A stretch of 64,000 nt of DNA from Alphaproteobacteria bacterium (GCA_963667785.2 CAXXMU010000005.1:128001-192000); one strand, 5' to 3'; shown: positions 9,504 to 20,697, numbered from the stretch's first letter. Made by a program: numbers and translations. Notes: a model not told the origin generated them from the letters alone.

Positions 9504-11267
9504 CTATTCCTGCGCGCTTGCAGTCGGGAGTTTCACTCGAACGGTGACGATATCCAGGTCATGGTACTGCTGATGGCGCACCGAAGACGCGAGGTGCCGC
9601 AGCAGCCGCAGTGAGGCCTCGTGCTCCGTCCCCGTCTCGTCTCCCTCGTCTCCGAGCAGCGCGAGCCTGTCCTCGATGTTCTCTCCCCCCGGTGCGACCG
9701 CGAACTCCAGAACCGCACCGCCCTCGGCCCGCGCGGCGACCAGCCGCAGGCGGCGCCTGCGACCGGGCTCCCCTCCGCGCTCCTCCGGCCGGACGAGGCT
9801 CAGCAGCGCCTCCTCGCCGACCGCTTCGAGACGGTCGGCCATGCCGGCGTCCCATCCGTTGCGCGAGGCGAACGCGCGCAGGAACTCCCGGATCTTCGTG
9901 AGCGTGGCCGGATCGAGCTCGGCCTCGATCCGGCTGCGGCGGGATCCGCTCAACTCCGTGAACATGGTCATGAGAATGGCCGCGAGGCCGCCGGAGATCA
10001 TGCCGTTGGCGAACAGGCCGCCCGCGAATTCCGAGACCTGCGCCGGAAACACCATGCCGTTCTGGAAGCCGATGCCGACCCAGAAGGCGATGCCGGCGAT
10101 CAGGCCCTTGCGGTAGTCGAGGCCGTCCTGAAGCAGAACCCTGAGGCCGAGGAGGAAGAGCATCGCCAGCAACACGGTGAGAAAGCCTCCGCTGACGGCG
10201 CCCGGCATGGCCAGGACCACCGCGAGTGCCTTGGGCAGGAACGCCAGTATGACGAAGAGTGCGCCTGCGACGATGCCTACGCTGCGGGCCGCGACGCCGG
10301 TAAGCTCGGTGAGCGATGCGCCGATCGCATAGCTGTTATTGGGCACCGTACCCGCGAGACCGCACAGGACGTTGCTCACGCCGTCGACGTTCACCGCGCC
10401 CTGCACCGCCCGGTAATCCACGGCTCTCCGCTTGCGCCACGATACGCTCTGCACAGCGACGCAACTGCTGATCGTGCGCAGCGTCACGATCGGGGTGATC
10501 AGCAGGAACACGGGAAGCAGCGACCAGAACGCCGGCCCGAACTCGAGGTCGACCCCCGGCCACGCGACGCTGGGAACGCCGATCCACGGGGCGTCGACAA
10601 CACGGCCCACGTCGTAGAGCCCGACGATGCCCGCCACTGCCGAGCCGCAGATCACCCCGATGACCGGCGCCCAGAGGCGTAGGCTCCGGGTCGACTTGAG
10701 CGCGATACCGGCGATGACCACCACCGTGACGGCGGCGCACAGCGGCGCGGCGTAGTCGGGCTTGCCCTCCGGCACCTCGGTCAGAAGGCCGAAGACGGCC
10801 GGCATGGCGCTGACCGGCACCAGCATCAGCACCGTGCCCGAAACGGCCGGTGTCAGGATGCGGCGAAACCAGACGATCCGCGCGGACAGCACGAACTGCA
10901 GCAATGCCGAAATGACGACCAGGGTCACGAGCAGTCCTGCGCCGCCCCGCTCGATCGCCGCAATGCAGGGCCAGATGAAGGCAGCCGAGCTGCTCATCAC
11001 CAGCACGTGGCCCGAGCCGATCCGCCCGAAACGGACCGCCTGCAGCGCGGTGGCCCCTCCGCACACCGCAACCGCCGCGAAGACCGCCCAGGACAGATAG
11101 GAGTCGGTCGTGCCCGCGGCCCGCATCACCACGGTCGGAATCAGTATGGGGACCGCCACGATCAGAAGCGCGAGCTGCGCGCCCATGCCGATGGCAAGCG
11201 CGGGAGGAACCCTGTCGTCGGCCTGGTAGCGGAGCTTCGGGCCGCGCGGTGAGGAACCCTCGGTCAT
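9504..11267 (-). CDS. NCS2 (xanthine/uracil) permease family protein with a ~145 aa C-terminal RsbW/HATPase-like extension
   Basis: LRYQADDRVP, RFGRIGSG, VSGTVLML, DGVSNVLCGLAGTVPN, TGVAARSVG, FLPK; soluble tail after the last TM segment. Confidence 0.8.
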   Translation of the reverse strand: MTEGSSPRGPKLRYQADDRVPPALAIGMGAQLALLIVAVPILIPTVVMRAAGTTDSYLSWAVFAAVAVCGGATALQAVRFGRIGSGHVLVMSSSAAFIWPCIAAIERGGAGLLVTLVVISALLQFVLSARIVWFRRILTPAVSGTVLMLVPVSAMPAVFGLLTEVPEGKPDYAAPLCAAVTVVVIAGIALKSTRSLRLWAPVIGVICGSAVAGIVGLYDVGRVVDAPWIGVPSVAWPGVDLEFGPAFWSLLPVFLLITPIVTLRTISSCVAVQSVSWRKRRAVDYRAVQGAVNVDGVSNVLCGLAGTVPNNSYAIGASLTELTGVAARSVGIVAGALFVILAFLPKALAVVLAMPGAVSGGFLTVLLAMLFLLGLRVLLQDGLDYRKGLIAGIAFWVGIGFQNGMVFPAQVSEFAGGLFANGMISGGLAAILMTMFTELSGSRRSRIEAELDPATLTKIREFLRAFASRNGWDAGMADRLEAVGEEALLSLVRPEERGGEPGRRRRLRLVAARAEGGAVLEFAVAPGGENIEDRLALLGDEGDETGTEHEASLRLLRHLASSVRHQQYHDLDIVTVRVKLPTASAQE

Positions 11268-11569
11268 GCGGTTGCGTGTGCCGAGCGCTTCGGCAGCATC
11301 GGCCCGCCGCCGACCGGCCGCGGACCCGCTCGTACGAGCTCTGCGGGTGCCTTTGTGAAGGTGCCGGTGCCGGGCGAACGGACCACGTGTGAGTCTACTC
11401 TGTGAACTGGAGAGGAGGATAAGCGAATTTTCGCAAACGGAATATGCCCGGCCAGCCTCTTTCGTGGATCCTGCGCGCTCGTCTGACCCCCGAGAGTGCT
11501 ACCCTCGCCCCCGCTCCTATCCGTCAGGATTGCACACGCCGAACAACAGACAAGAAACGCGAGTCAGCC

Positions 11570-12463
11570 ATGCATCGTACTAGCCGCGCCCGACTTGGGG
11601 TGGCGGTCCTGACTCTCCTCGTGCTGGCGGGGAGCCTGGCGGTCCATGATCGCCCCGCCGCGGCTTCGGATCAGTCTCCAGAATCCGCGCCCGTTCTCGC
11701 CCCGGCCGATGCGAACGCCGTCGTGAACGCCCCATACCTGAGCGTAGGCGTGGCCCTGATCCGCTCGCAGAACGCCCGCTTCGCCGATGGCGAGGACGCC
11801 GGTCACGCCGCGCTCTACGGAAACGAGAAACTCTTCGATGCCGGAGCGGTCGGCAATGGTCTGCAGTTCCAACTGGCGGCAGGCGTCCGGCTGCCATACC
11901 AACTACGCGCTCAATTGGAATTCGGGCTGGCCCGTGACCTCGACTGGCGCGGCAACACGAACTACCGGGCCTCGGGCGAACGTCAGCCCTCCGAGGCAAG
12001 GCTCGACGCCCGGCAGCTCCTCCTTGCCGGGTTCCATGATTTCCCGGGATGGGAGATCGCTCCGGGTCGCCGGGCGCGGCCCTTTCTGGGCGCGGGGTTC
12101 GGGATCACCGACTACCGCCTGAGCGGCTACGTTCAGCGCTTTCCCGAACCGGACGATCCGCAAGGCCCCCTGCGCCGGGGTCCGGGCGACGAGATCCCTT
12201 TCACCGCTCTCCCCAGGGGAAGCGGGCGGAACGTCACCTGGATGCTGACGGCCGGCGTGGCGATCCCGATGGGCGGCAGTACCCACCTCGAGCTGAGCTA
12301 CCGCTATACCGATGCGGGGGAGATCCGGACCGACGTCGGCGACATCGCCATCGTGCGCTACCGCGAGAACGGCACCCGGAGAGAAATCCCGGTCCAAATC
12401 AACGAGACCCTTGCCGACCACCGAACCCACTCGTTGCTCGCGGCGCTCCGGTTCGAATTCTAG
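11570..12463 (+). CDS. Outer-membrane beta-barrel protein (opacity/porin-like)
   Basis: Signal peptide, PYLSVG, RPFLGAGFG, LELSYRYTDAG, C-terminal ALRFEF (terminal Phe). Confidence 0.75.
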   Translation: MHRTSRARLGVAVLTLLVLAGSLAVHDRPAAASDQSPESAPVLAPADANAVVNAPYLSVGVALIRSQNARFADGEDAGHAALYGNEKLFDAGAVGNGLQFQLAAGVRLPYQLRAQLEFGLARDLDWRGNTNYRASGERQPSEARLDARQLLLAGFHDFPGWEIAPGRRARPFLGAGFGITDYRLSGYVQRFPEPDDPQGPLRRGPGDEIPFTALPRGSGRNVTWMLTAGVAIPMGGSTHLELSYRYTDAGEIRTDVGDIAIVRYRENGTRREIPVQINETLADHRTHSLLAALRFEF

Positions 12464-12696
12464 CTTCCGAGTCCCCCGAAGCGAGGCGCGCGGGAGGCGA
12501 TCGGCGACTCATCGCTCTTCGAGCCCGCCCTGGATTTCGGCGACCTGGACGACGGTGCGGCATGGGCGCCATTCCCTGAATACCTGAGGTGAGATGTGGG
12601 CTAGGGCTCAGGCGACCGGCGGCAAAGCGAACCCGCTGCCGGGCTGGCACGGGCCGGCGGCTTCCGCGATAGTTCGGGCAGCGGGGGAGGGCGCCC

Positions 12697-13359
12697 ATGA
12701 CGGAACGCGGCAGGGTGAACGGAGGCGCGGCGCAAGCTCCATCGCCCGTGCTGCGTGCCGGCCCCGAAGCGATGGCCGCCGCCCTCGAGCACACCGCGCG
12801 GGAGAACGCGGCGGTGCTGCCGCTGCTGGAGCCGGCCGCGTGCCAAGAGCTTATCGCCTCGGGCGCGGACCTCTCCTTCCGCGCCGCGAAGCCCGTGATG
12901 GGCGAGGGCGAGCGCGCGGTCTACCAGGACTTCGACATCTGCCTCCAGATCCCCCGCCCGCACCGGCTCTGGCGGCTGACGGAGGCCGTGGAGCGCCTCG
13001 TCGCCGCGGCGCTTTCCGCCATGGACGCGCCGCCGCTGGACGAGCTTTCGCTCAACGACCTGGTGCTGCAGCGCTACCCGCCGGGTGCGCGCGGCATCAC
13101 GCCCCACCGCGACCATGTGCGCTATGTCGGGCTGGTGGCGATCGTGCAGCTCAGCGGGGACGGGCGCTTCGGGCTTTGCGCGGACCGCGCAGGCGCCGGC
13201 GCGCGCACGCTCGCCGCCGGACCGGGCGATGCCATCCTGATGCGGGCACCCGGCTTCGCCGGCGCCAGGCATCGGCCCTTCCACTTCCTGGACGGCATCA
13301 CCGTCGAGCGCTACAGCCTCGGCATGCGCTGCGATCGCACGACCGCGGCCGCGGCCTAG
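12697..13359 (+). CDS. 2OG-Fe(II) oxygenase-like protein
   Basis: LQRYPPGARGITPHRD (HxD), RPFH and YSLGMR late His/Arg. Confidence 0.65.
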   Translation: MTERGRVNGGAAQAPSPVLRAGPEAMAAALEHTARENAAVLPLLEPAACQELIASGADLSFRAAKPVMGEGERAVYQDFDICLQIPRPHRLWRLTEAVERLVAAALSAMDAPPLDELSLNDLVLQRYPPGARGITPHRDHVRYVGLVAIVQLSGDGRFGLCADRAGAGARTLAAGPGDAILMRAPGFAGARHRPFHFLDGITVERYSLGMRCDRTTAAAA

Positions 13360-13552
13360 TGGAGCAATCTCCGCCCGCCTCCCTTCCCCCGCTTTTCCAA
13401 ATCCCTCGGTCGCCGGGCGCTCGCTCCGCTCGATCGTGCGCCCCGCGCGCGTGGACGCGCGACGCTTCGCGCCTCCGGCGCATCGTGCGCCTGCGCACGT
13501 GGACGTGCGACGCGCAGTCGCGCCGTCCGGGCCTAAAGGCCCGGTCCACTTG
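13356..13552. repeat. Hairpin-rich intergenic element with an internal ~33 bp duplication and imperfect CTAGTGGA/TCCACTTG ends
   Basis: Units at 13433-13465 and 13482-13513; terminal hairpin ccgggcc-taaa-ggcccgg. Confidence 0.5.
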
Positions 13553-13641
13553 TTGACTCGCTTCCGGCTCCGGGGCTAAACCGGACGCACCGGCACGGTC
13601 CGCCACGGGGCCGGATCGCGCCGGATCGCAGGGGTGAATTC

Positions 13642-14058
13642 GTGGCAGAGCAATCCAGCGGCAACGGCGCGCCAGCGCGGCCCGTCTCGCCCCACCTCTC
13701 CATCTACCGGCCGCAGCTCACCTCGGTGCTGTCGATCCTGCACCGGATGACCGGCGTGATTCTGGCGTCCGGCGCAGCGATGCTCTGCGCCTGGCTGCTG
13801 ACCGCCGCCGCAGGCGAGCGCTACTACGCCTGGACCGAGTGGTTCCTCACCTCCTGGCTCGGCTACGCGCTGCTGGCGGCGTGGTCCTGGTGCCTCTTCT
13901 ATCACCTCTGCAACGGCATCCGGCATCTCTTCTGGGACGCCGGCCTCGGCTTCTCGCTGAAGCAGACCTACGCCTCGGGCGCCGCCGTGGTGGTGGCCTC
14001 CTTCGTGCTCACCGGGCTCTCCTGGGGCCTGGGGCTCGCCTGCAACCTCGCGGGCTGA
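13642..14058 (+). CDS. sdhC: Succinate dehydrogenase cytochrome b556 subunit
   Basis: RPVSPHLSIYRPQLTS...SILHRMTG, HLCNGIRHLFWD. Confidence 0.96.
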   Translation: MAEQSSGNGAPARPVSPHLSIYRPQLTSVLSILHRMTGVILASGAAMLCAWLLTAAAGERYYAWTEWFLTSWLGYALLAAWSWCLFYHLCNGIRHLFWDAGLGFSLKQTYASGAAVVVASFVLTGLSWGLGLACNLAG

Positions 14059-14066
14059 GGCGCGCC

Positions 14067-14450
14067 GTGTCGCTGCAGTCGCCGCTTGCCAGGGTGCGCC
14101 ATCTGGGCGCCGCCAAGGAGGGGGTGAGCCACTGGTGGGGGCAGCGGCTCACGGCGCTGCTGCTGGTGCCGCTCGCGCTCTGGTTCGTCGGCTCGCTCTG
14201 GTCGCTCGTGGTGGGCGGTGCGGACCGCGCGGCGCTGGTCGACTGGCTCTCCGGCCCGGTGGCGGCGGTGCTGATGCTGCTCTTCCTCGGCGCCACCTTC
14301 TATCACCTGAAGCTCGGCCTGCAGGTGGTGATCGAGGACTACGTGCACGGCTACTGCAAGTGGGTGCTGCTGGTCCTCAACACGCTGCTCTGCCTCGTGC
14401 TCGGCCTCGCCGCGCTCTATGCGGTGATCGTGCTCGCGGTGGGGGGCTGA
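14067..14450 (+). CDS. sdhD: Succinate dehydrogenase membrane anchor
   Basis: GTG start; [33 protein letters not shown]. Confidence 0.95.
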   Translation: MSLQSPLARVRHLGAAKEGVSHWWGQRLTALLLVPLALWFVGSLWSLVVGGADRAALVDWLSGPVAAVLMLLFLGATFYHLKLGLQVVIEDYVHGYCKWVLLVLNTLLCLVLGLAALYAVIVLAVGG

Positions 14451-14454
14451 GCGC

Positions 14455-16248
14455 ATGACCGCCTACCCGCTCACCGAGCACCGCGACGACGTGGTGGTGG
14501 TGGGCGCCGGCGGCGCCGGGCTCCGGGCGACGCTCGGCCTCGCCGAGGCGGGGCTCAAGACCGCGTGCGTCAGCAAGCTCTTCCCCACCCGCAGTCACAC
14601 GGTGGCGGCCCAGGGCGGCATCTCGGCGGCGCTCGGCAACATGGAGGAGGACGACTGGCGCTGGCACATGTACGACACCGTCAAGGGGTCCGACTGGCTC
14701 GGCGACCAGGACGCCATCGAGTATCTCTGCAAGGAAGGCCCGCGCGCTGTCATCGAGCTCGAGCACTACGGCGTCCCCTTCTCGCGCACGCCCGACGGCA
14801 AGATCTACCAGCGCGCCTTCGGCGGCATGTCGCTGAACTACGGCGAGAAGCAGGCGCACCGCACCTGCGCCGCCGCCGACCGCACCGGCCACGCCATCCT
14901 GCACACGCTCTACCAGCAGTCGCTGCGCCACCAGGCGGCGTTCTTCATCGAGTATTTCGCCCTCGACCTGGTGATGGACGAGGACGGCGCCTGCCGCGGC
15001 GTGCTCGCCTGGAACCTCGACGACGGCACGCTCCACCTCTTCCGCGCCCACATGGTGATCCTCGCCACCGGCGGCTACGGGCGGGCCTACTTCTCGGCGA
15101 CCTCGGCCCACACCTGCACCGGCGACGGCAACGCCATGGTGCTGCGCGCCGGCCTGCCGCTGCAGGACATGGAGTTCGTGCAGTTCCACCCCACCGGCAT
15201 CTACGGCTCCGGCTGCCTGATGAGCGAGGGCGCGCGCGGCGAGGGCGGCTACCTGGTCAACTCCGAGGGCGAGCGCTTCATGGAGCGCTACGCGCCCAAC
15301 GCCAAGGACCTCGCCTCGCGCGACGTGGTGAGCCGCGCCATCACCATGGAGATCCGCGAAGGCCGCGGCTGCGGCCCCGAGAAGGACCACATGCACCTGA
15401 AGATGGACCATCTCGGCGCCGACGTGCTGAACGAGCGGCTCCCCGGCATCACCGAGACGGCGCGCATCTTCGCCGGCGTCGAGCCGCTGGTGGAGCCGGT
15501 CCCGGTGATCCCCACCGTCCACTACAACATGGGCGGCATTCCCTGCATCTATACCGGCGAGACGGTGACGGTGAGGGACGGCGATCCGGATTCCGTGGTC
15601 CCGGGCCTGATGTCGGTGGGGGAGGCGGCCTGCGTCTCCGTGCACGGCGCCAACCGGCTGGGCTCGAACTCGCTGCTCGACCTCGTGGTGTTCGGCCGCG
15701 CGGCGGCGCAGCGTTGCGCCGAGACCGTCGAGGCCGGCGCGGCGCACAAGCCGCTCGTGAACGGCGCGCTCGACAGGAGCCTCGCCTGGTTCGACCGGCT
15801 GCGCCACGCCAAGGGGGCGACGCCGACGGCCGCGATCCGCCTCGACATGCAGCGCACCATGCAGGAGCACGCCGGCGTCTTCCGCACCCGCGAGATCATG
15901 GAGGAAGGCGCGCGCGAGCTCGACCGCGTCTGGGACGGCTTCCGCAACGATATCGGCGTCGCCGACCGCTCGCTGATCTGGAACTCGGACCTGGCGGAGA
16001 CCATCGAGCTCGACAACCTGATGCGCCAGGCGAGCGTCACCCTGCACTCGGCGCTCAATCGGGAGGAAAGCCGCGGCGGCCATGCGCGCGAGGACTTTCC
16101 CGACCGCGACGACGAGGCCTGGCTCAAGCACACCGTCGCCTGGCTCGACGGCGATGGCGGCACGCCCCGGCTCGACTACCGGCCGGTGCACATGCAGACG
16201 CTCAGCAACGAGGTCGAGACCATTCCTCTCAAGGCGCGGGTCTACTAG
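14455..16248 (+). CDS. sdhA: Succinate dehydrogenase flavoprotein
   Basis: [40 protein letters not shown] end. Confidence 0.98.
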   Translation: MTAYPLTEHRDDVVVVGAGGAGLRATLGLAEAGLKTACVSKLFPTRSHTVAAQGGISAALGNMEEDDWRWHMYDTVKGSDWLGDQDAIEYLCKEGPRAVIELEHYGVPFSRTPDGKIYQRAFGGMSLNYGEKQAHRTCAAADRTGHAILHTLYQQSLRHQAAFFIEYFALDLVMDEDGACRGVLAWNLDDGTLHLFRAHMVILATGGYGRAYFSATSAHTCTGDGNAMVLRAGLPLQDMEFVQFHPTGIYGSGCLMSEGARGEGGYLVNSEGERFMERYAPNAKDLASRDVVSRAITMEIREGRGCGPEKDHMHLKMDHLGADVLNERLPGITETARIFAGVEPLVEPVPVIPTVHYNMGGIPCIYTGETVTVRDGDPDSVVPGLMSVGEAACVSVHGANRLGSNSLLDLVVFGRAAAQRCAETVEAGAAHKPLVNGALDRSLAWFDRLRHAKGATPTAAIRLDMQRTMQEHAGVFRTREIMEEGARELDRVWDGFRNDIGVADRSLIWNSDLAETIELDNLMRQASVTLHSALNREESRGGHAREDFPDRDDEAWLKHTVAWLDGDGGTPRLDYRPVHMQTLSNEVETIPLKARVY

Positions 16249-16271
16249 GGCCCGGCCGGCAAGGTCGATCC

Positions 16272-17051
16272 ATGGCGCAGCTCACGCTCCCGCAGAACTC
16301 CAAGGTCCGGAAAGGCAGGCACTTCCCCGCCGAGGGCGGCGCCGGCAAGACCCGGCGCTTCAGGATCTACCGCCACGATCCGGAGAGCGGCGAGAACCCG
16401 CGCACCGATACCTACGACCTCGACCCCGAGCGTTGCGGGCCGATGGTTCTCGACGCCCTCATCAAGATCAAGAACGAGGTCGATTCCACGCTCACCTTCC
16501 GCCGCAGCTGCCGCGAGGGGATCTGCGGCTCGTGCGCCATGAACGTCGACGGCACCAACACGCTCGCCTGCATCAAGCCGATCGACGAGGTGAAGGGCGA
16601 GGTGCGCATCTACCCGCTGCCGCACATGCCGGTGGTGAAGGACCTGGTGCCCGACATGGCGGATTTCTATGCCCAGTACGCCTCGATCGAGCCGTGGATG
16701 AAGACGGATACCGCAGCGCCGGCGACGCAGGAGCGGCTGCAGGCGCCGGAGGACCGGGAGAAGCTCGACGGCCTCTACGAGTGCATCCTCTGCGCCTGCT
16801 GCTCGACGAGCTGCCCGAGCTACTGGTGGAACGGCGATCGCTACCTCGGGCCCGCGACCCTGCTGCAGGCCTACCGCTGGCTCGCCGACAGCCGCGACGA
16901 GGCGACCGGCGAGCGGCTCGACGAGCTGGAGGACCCCTTCCGGCTCTACCGCTGTCACACCATCATGAACTGCACCCGCACCTGCCCGAAGCATCTGAAC
17001 CCGGCCAAGGCGATCGCCGAGATCAAGAAGATGATGGTCGCCCGCCGTTAG
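16272..17051 (+). CDS. sdhB: Succinate dehydrogenase Fe-S subunit
   Basis: [34 protein letters not shown]. Confidence 0.98.
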   Translation: MAQLTLPQNSKVRKGRHFPAEGGAGKTRRFRIYRHDPESGENPRTDTYDLDPERCGPMVLDALIKIKNEVDSTLTFRRSCREGICGSCAMNVDGTNTLACIKPIDEVKGEVRIYPLPHMPVVKDLVPDMADFYAQYASIEPWMKTDTAAPATQERLQAPEDREKLDGLYECILCACCSTSCPSYWWNGDRYLGPATLLQAYRWLADSRDEATGERLDELEDPFRLYRCHTIMNCTRTCPKHLNPAKAIAEIKKMMVARR

Positions 17052-17094
17052 CGCCGTGTTTCGGAAGAACGCATGAAAGTCATTCGCCTCCTGC

Positions 17095-17190
17095 CGTCAT
17101 GCCCGGACTTGTTCCGGGCATCCATTTGCCGCGCGCACGACCGTGCTGGCGGGCACGACGTGGATGGCCGGGACAAGCCCGGCCATGACG
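17095..17190. repeat. Alphaproteobacterial palindromic REP/RPE-like element
   Basis: cgtcatgcccggacttgttccgggcatcca ... tggatggccgggacaagcccggccatgacg nested inverted repeats; related short copy at 62808-62859. Confidence 0.8.
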
Positions 17191-17240
17191 TGAGGGGGTT
17201 CCGGGTAACGCCTGTCTTCGGTTTCGGGGCAGGACGCTAG

Positions 17241-18227
<987 letters not shown>

Positions 18228-18236
18228 TCCCGCGGT

Positions 18237-19145
18237 CTACCCCGCCACCTCCAGCCAGTGGCGGGCGATTTCCTCCCGCGTCGCGAACCAGACGCCCTCG
18301 TGGGCTTGCGCGTGCTCGATGAAGCGGGAGAGCGCGGCGATCCGGCCGGGGCGGCCGATCATGCGGGCGTGCAGCCCGATCGACATCATCTTCGGGCAGG
18401 TCGCCGATTCCGCGTAGAGCGTGTCGAAGCTGTCCCGCATGTACTGGTAGAAGTGATCGGCGGTGAGGAAGCCCGGCGCCGTCCAGAAGCAGAAGTCGTT
18501 GATGTCGGGCGTGTAGGGCACGACCAGGTGGCGCGTGCCGCCGACGTCCACGAAATAGGGCAGGTCGTCGTTGTAGGCGTCGGAATCGTAGAGGAAGCCG
18601 CCTTCGTCCACCACCAGCTCGCGGGTGTGGACCGAAGGGCCGAAGCGGCAGTACCAGCCCACCGGCCGCTTGCCGCAGGTGCGCTCGAAGGACTCGACCG
18701 CGAGACGGATGTGCTCGCGCTCCTCCTTCCGGCTGAGGCGGAACACCTCCTCCCAGCGCCAGCCGTGGCTGCACACCTCGTGCCCCCCGGCGACGACGGC
18801 GCGGGCGACCTCCGGGTTCTGCTCGAAGGCCACGGCGCAGGCGTAGAAGGTCGACGCGATCCCGGTTTCCTCGAAGAGCCTGAGGATGCGCCAGACACCG
18901 GCGCGGGAGCCGTACTCGAACATCGATTCCATGGCGAGGTTGCGATAGCCCTCGGGCAGCGGGTAGTTGCCGAACTCCGTCAGCCCTTCCTGGTGCGCAT
19001 CGCCCATGGCCTCGGAATACTCCGAGCCCTCCTCATAGTTGACCACGACCGAGACCGCGAGCCGCGCCCCGTTCGGCCAGGGAACGGCCGGCGGGTTGGC
19101 GCCGTAGCCCACCAGATCGCGTCCGCCTGAAGATACCTCCGCCAT
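18237..19145 (-). CDS. Polysaccharide deacetylase family, PuuE allantoinase-like
   Basis: RDLVGYG, WPNGARLAV, NYEEG, EYGSRAGVWR, HGWRW, KMMSIGLH. Confidence 0.85.
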   Translation of the reverse strand: MAEVSSGGRDLVGYGANPPAVPWPNGARLAVSVVVNYEEGSEYSEAMGDAHQEGLTEFGNYPLPEGYRNLAMESMFEYGSRAGVWRILRLFEETGIASTFYACAVAFEQNPEVARAVVAGGHEVCSHGWRWEEVFRLSRKEEREHIRLAVESFERTCGKRPVGWYCRFGPSVHTRELVVDEGGFLYDSDAYNDDLPYFVDVGGTRHLVVPYTPDINDFCFWTAPGFLTADHFYQYMRDSFDTLYAESATCPKMMSIGLHARMIGRPGRIAALSRFIEHAQAHEGVWFATREEIARHWLEVAG

Positions 19146-19227
19146 GATGCGCCTCCCCTTCTTGAACCGCGGTCGCGGCCTGAGCCGAGTCCGTCAAGGA
19201 CGGTCTCGCGTCAGTCATCATAGAGCG

Positions 19228-20487
19228 TCACGGGGTGCGGTCGTAATAGGCCCGGAGGATGGCGAGCACGCCGTCTCGGCTGTACTCGGGCGGAATCGCC
19301 TCGGCGTTCGCGAACATCGCGCGCAGCCGAGTGCCCGAGATGCGGAGCTTTCCGCCGTCGCCCCGGCGGCAGGGCCGGCCGGGGGCGGCGCCCGTCGCCA
19401 CCGCCGCCACCGCCCGATGGCGCTCCTCCTCGCCTGCACGCTCCTCGCCGCCGTCGGCCGCAAAGCAGACGTTCCCCGTCGCCATGCCCGCGCAGTCGAA
19501 GCAATGGAAGGTGTCGTCGACCTTCAGCGGCCGGATGGCGAGGCTGTCCGCTCCGATCTCGTCGAAGATGCGCTGTGCGTCGTAGGGCCCGTAATAGTCG
19601 CCGAGCCCGGCATGGTCGCGCCCCACCACCAGGTGCGAGCAGCCGAAGTTCTGGCGGAAGAGGGCGTGCAGCAGCGCCTCCCGCGGGCCGGCGTAGCGCA
19701 TCTCGATGGGATAGCCGGCCTGGATCACCCGCCCTTCCGGGAAGTGGTTGGCGACCAGCCAGTCGATGGCGCGCACCCGGACCTCGGCCGGGATGTCGCC
19801 TGCCTTGAGAGCGCCGAGGACCTGGTGAATCAGCACCCCGTCGCACACCGCGAGGCCGACCTTGGCGAGAAACTCGTGGCTGCGGTGCATGGGGTTGCGG
19901 GTCTGGAAGGCGGCGACCGTCGACCAGCCCTTCCCGGCGAAGAGCGCCCGGGTTTCGGCGGGGCGCAGGTAGAGCCCCCGGTAGGTCGCGGGAAAGTGAC
20001 CCTCGGAGAGGACCGAGACCGGGCCCGCCAGGTTGACCGCGCCCTGCGCCATGACCTTGGCGACGCCGGGATGGGCCTCGTCGGTGGTGCGGTAGACCTC
20101 GCGGCACTCGAGAGCCTTGTCGATGGCGTAGGCCTCGCTGACCGCGAGGATGCCGAGGATCTCTCCGCCCGCGTCCGTCAACGCCACCTCGTCGCCGGCG
20201 GCGACGGCGGCGTCCTCATCGCAGGAGAGGGTGACCGGCAGCGGCCAGAAGAGCCCGCTCTCCAGCCGCATCTCGAGGCACGCGCCGCGCCAGTCGGCCG
20301 CGCCCATGAAGCCCGCGAGCGGCGTGTAGGCGCCCATGGCGAGCATGAAGAGGTCCGAGACCTCGCGCGTCGACAGCGGCAGCCTCTTCAGGGTGCGCGC
20401 TTTCTTCAGCGCCTCCTCACGCTGGTCCGCCGGCAGCAACAGGGGCCGCAAGGTGGTGCCGCCGTGTGGGGCGATCAGGGTCGGCAC
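19228..20487 (-). CDS. sat: Sulfate adenylyltransferase (dissimilatory-type)
   Basis: LIAPHGG, FQTRNPMHRSHE, MRYAGPREA, VGRDHAG, ISGT. Confidence 0.95.
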   Translation of the reverse strand: MPTLIAPHGGTTLRPLLLPADQREEALKKARTLKRLPLSTREVSDLFMLAMGAYTPLAGFMGAADWRGACLEMRLESGLFWPLPVTLSCDEDAAVAAGDEVALTDAGGEILGILAVSEAYAIDKALECREVYRTTDEAHPGVAKVMAQGAVNLAGPVSVLSEGHFPATYRGLYLRPAETRALFAGKGWSTVAAFQTRNPMHRSHEFLAKVGLAVCDGVLIHQVLGALKAGDIPAEVRVRAIDWLVANHFPEGRVIQAGYPIEMRYAGPREALLHALFRQNFGCSHLVVGRDHAGLGDYYGPYDAQRIFDEIGADSLAIRPLKVDDTFHCFDCAGMATGNVCFAADGGEERAGEEERHRAVAAVATGAAPGRPCRRGDGGKLRISGTRLRAMFANAEAIPPEYSRDGVLAILRAYYDRTP

Positions 20488-20546
20488 GGACCGTCACCGT
20501 CGCTGGAGAGCGTCGCGCGGACCATGACCGTGGCGCGAAGGCCCGG

Positions 20547-20697
20547 CTAGAGTGTATCCGTCTTTGACGGATACACGACAGGCCGCGACTGCGGCCCGCC
20601 GCTAATGCGGCGTGCCCGCGCAGGCGCCGGCTGCAAGCCGGCTGCCGTGAGCGATAAAGAGGCTGGAGCGTTTCCGTGTAGAGCGGACACGCTCTAG
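20547..20697 (+). repeat. Multi-hairpin MITE/REP-like dispersed repeat, copy 1
   Basis: CTAG at both ends; ends tagagtgtatccg / cggacacgctcta; right end supplies the aprA stop. Confidence 0.85.

Noticed and set aside
14565-17051. Apparent 828 aa SdhB, and likewise 1267 aa SucA, 727 aa AprA and 651 aa CoaE
   Set aside because: These are stop-free upstream extensions overlapping neighbouring genes; normal starts exist at 16272, 34804, 22538 and 55993.
20625-20665. Resemblance of the repeat's gccggctgca...gcgataaagagg segment to the SAM-II/SAM-alpha riboswitch
   Set aside because: The 5' GTGATTT strand is missing, and the copies lie at gene 3' ends in both orientations rather than in leaders.
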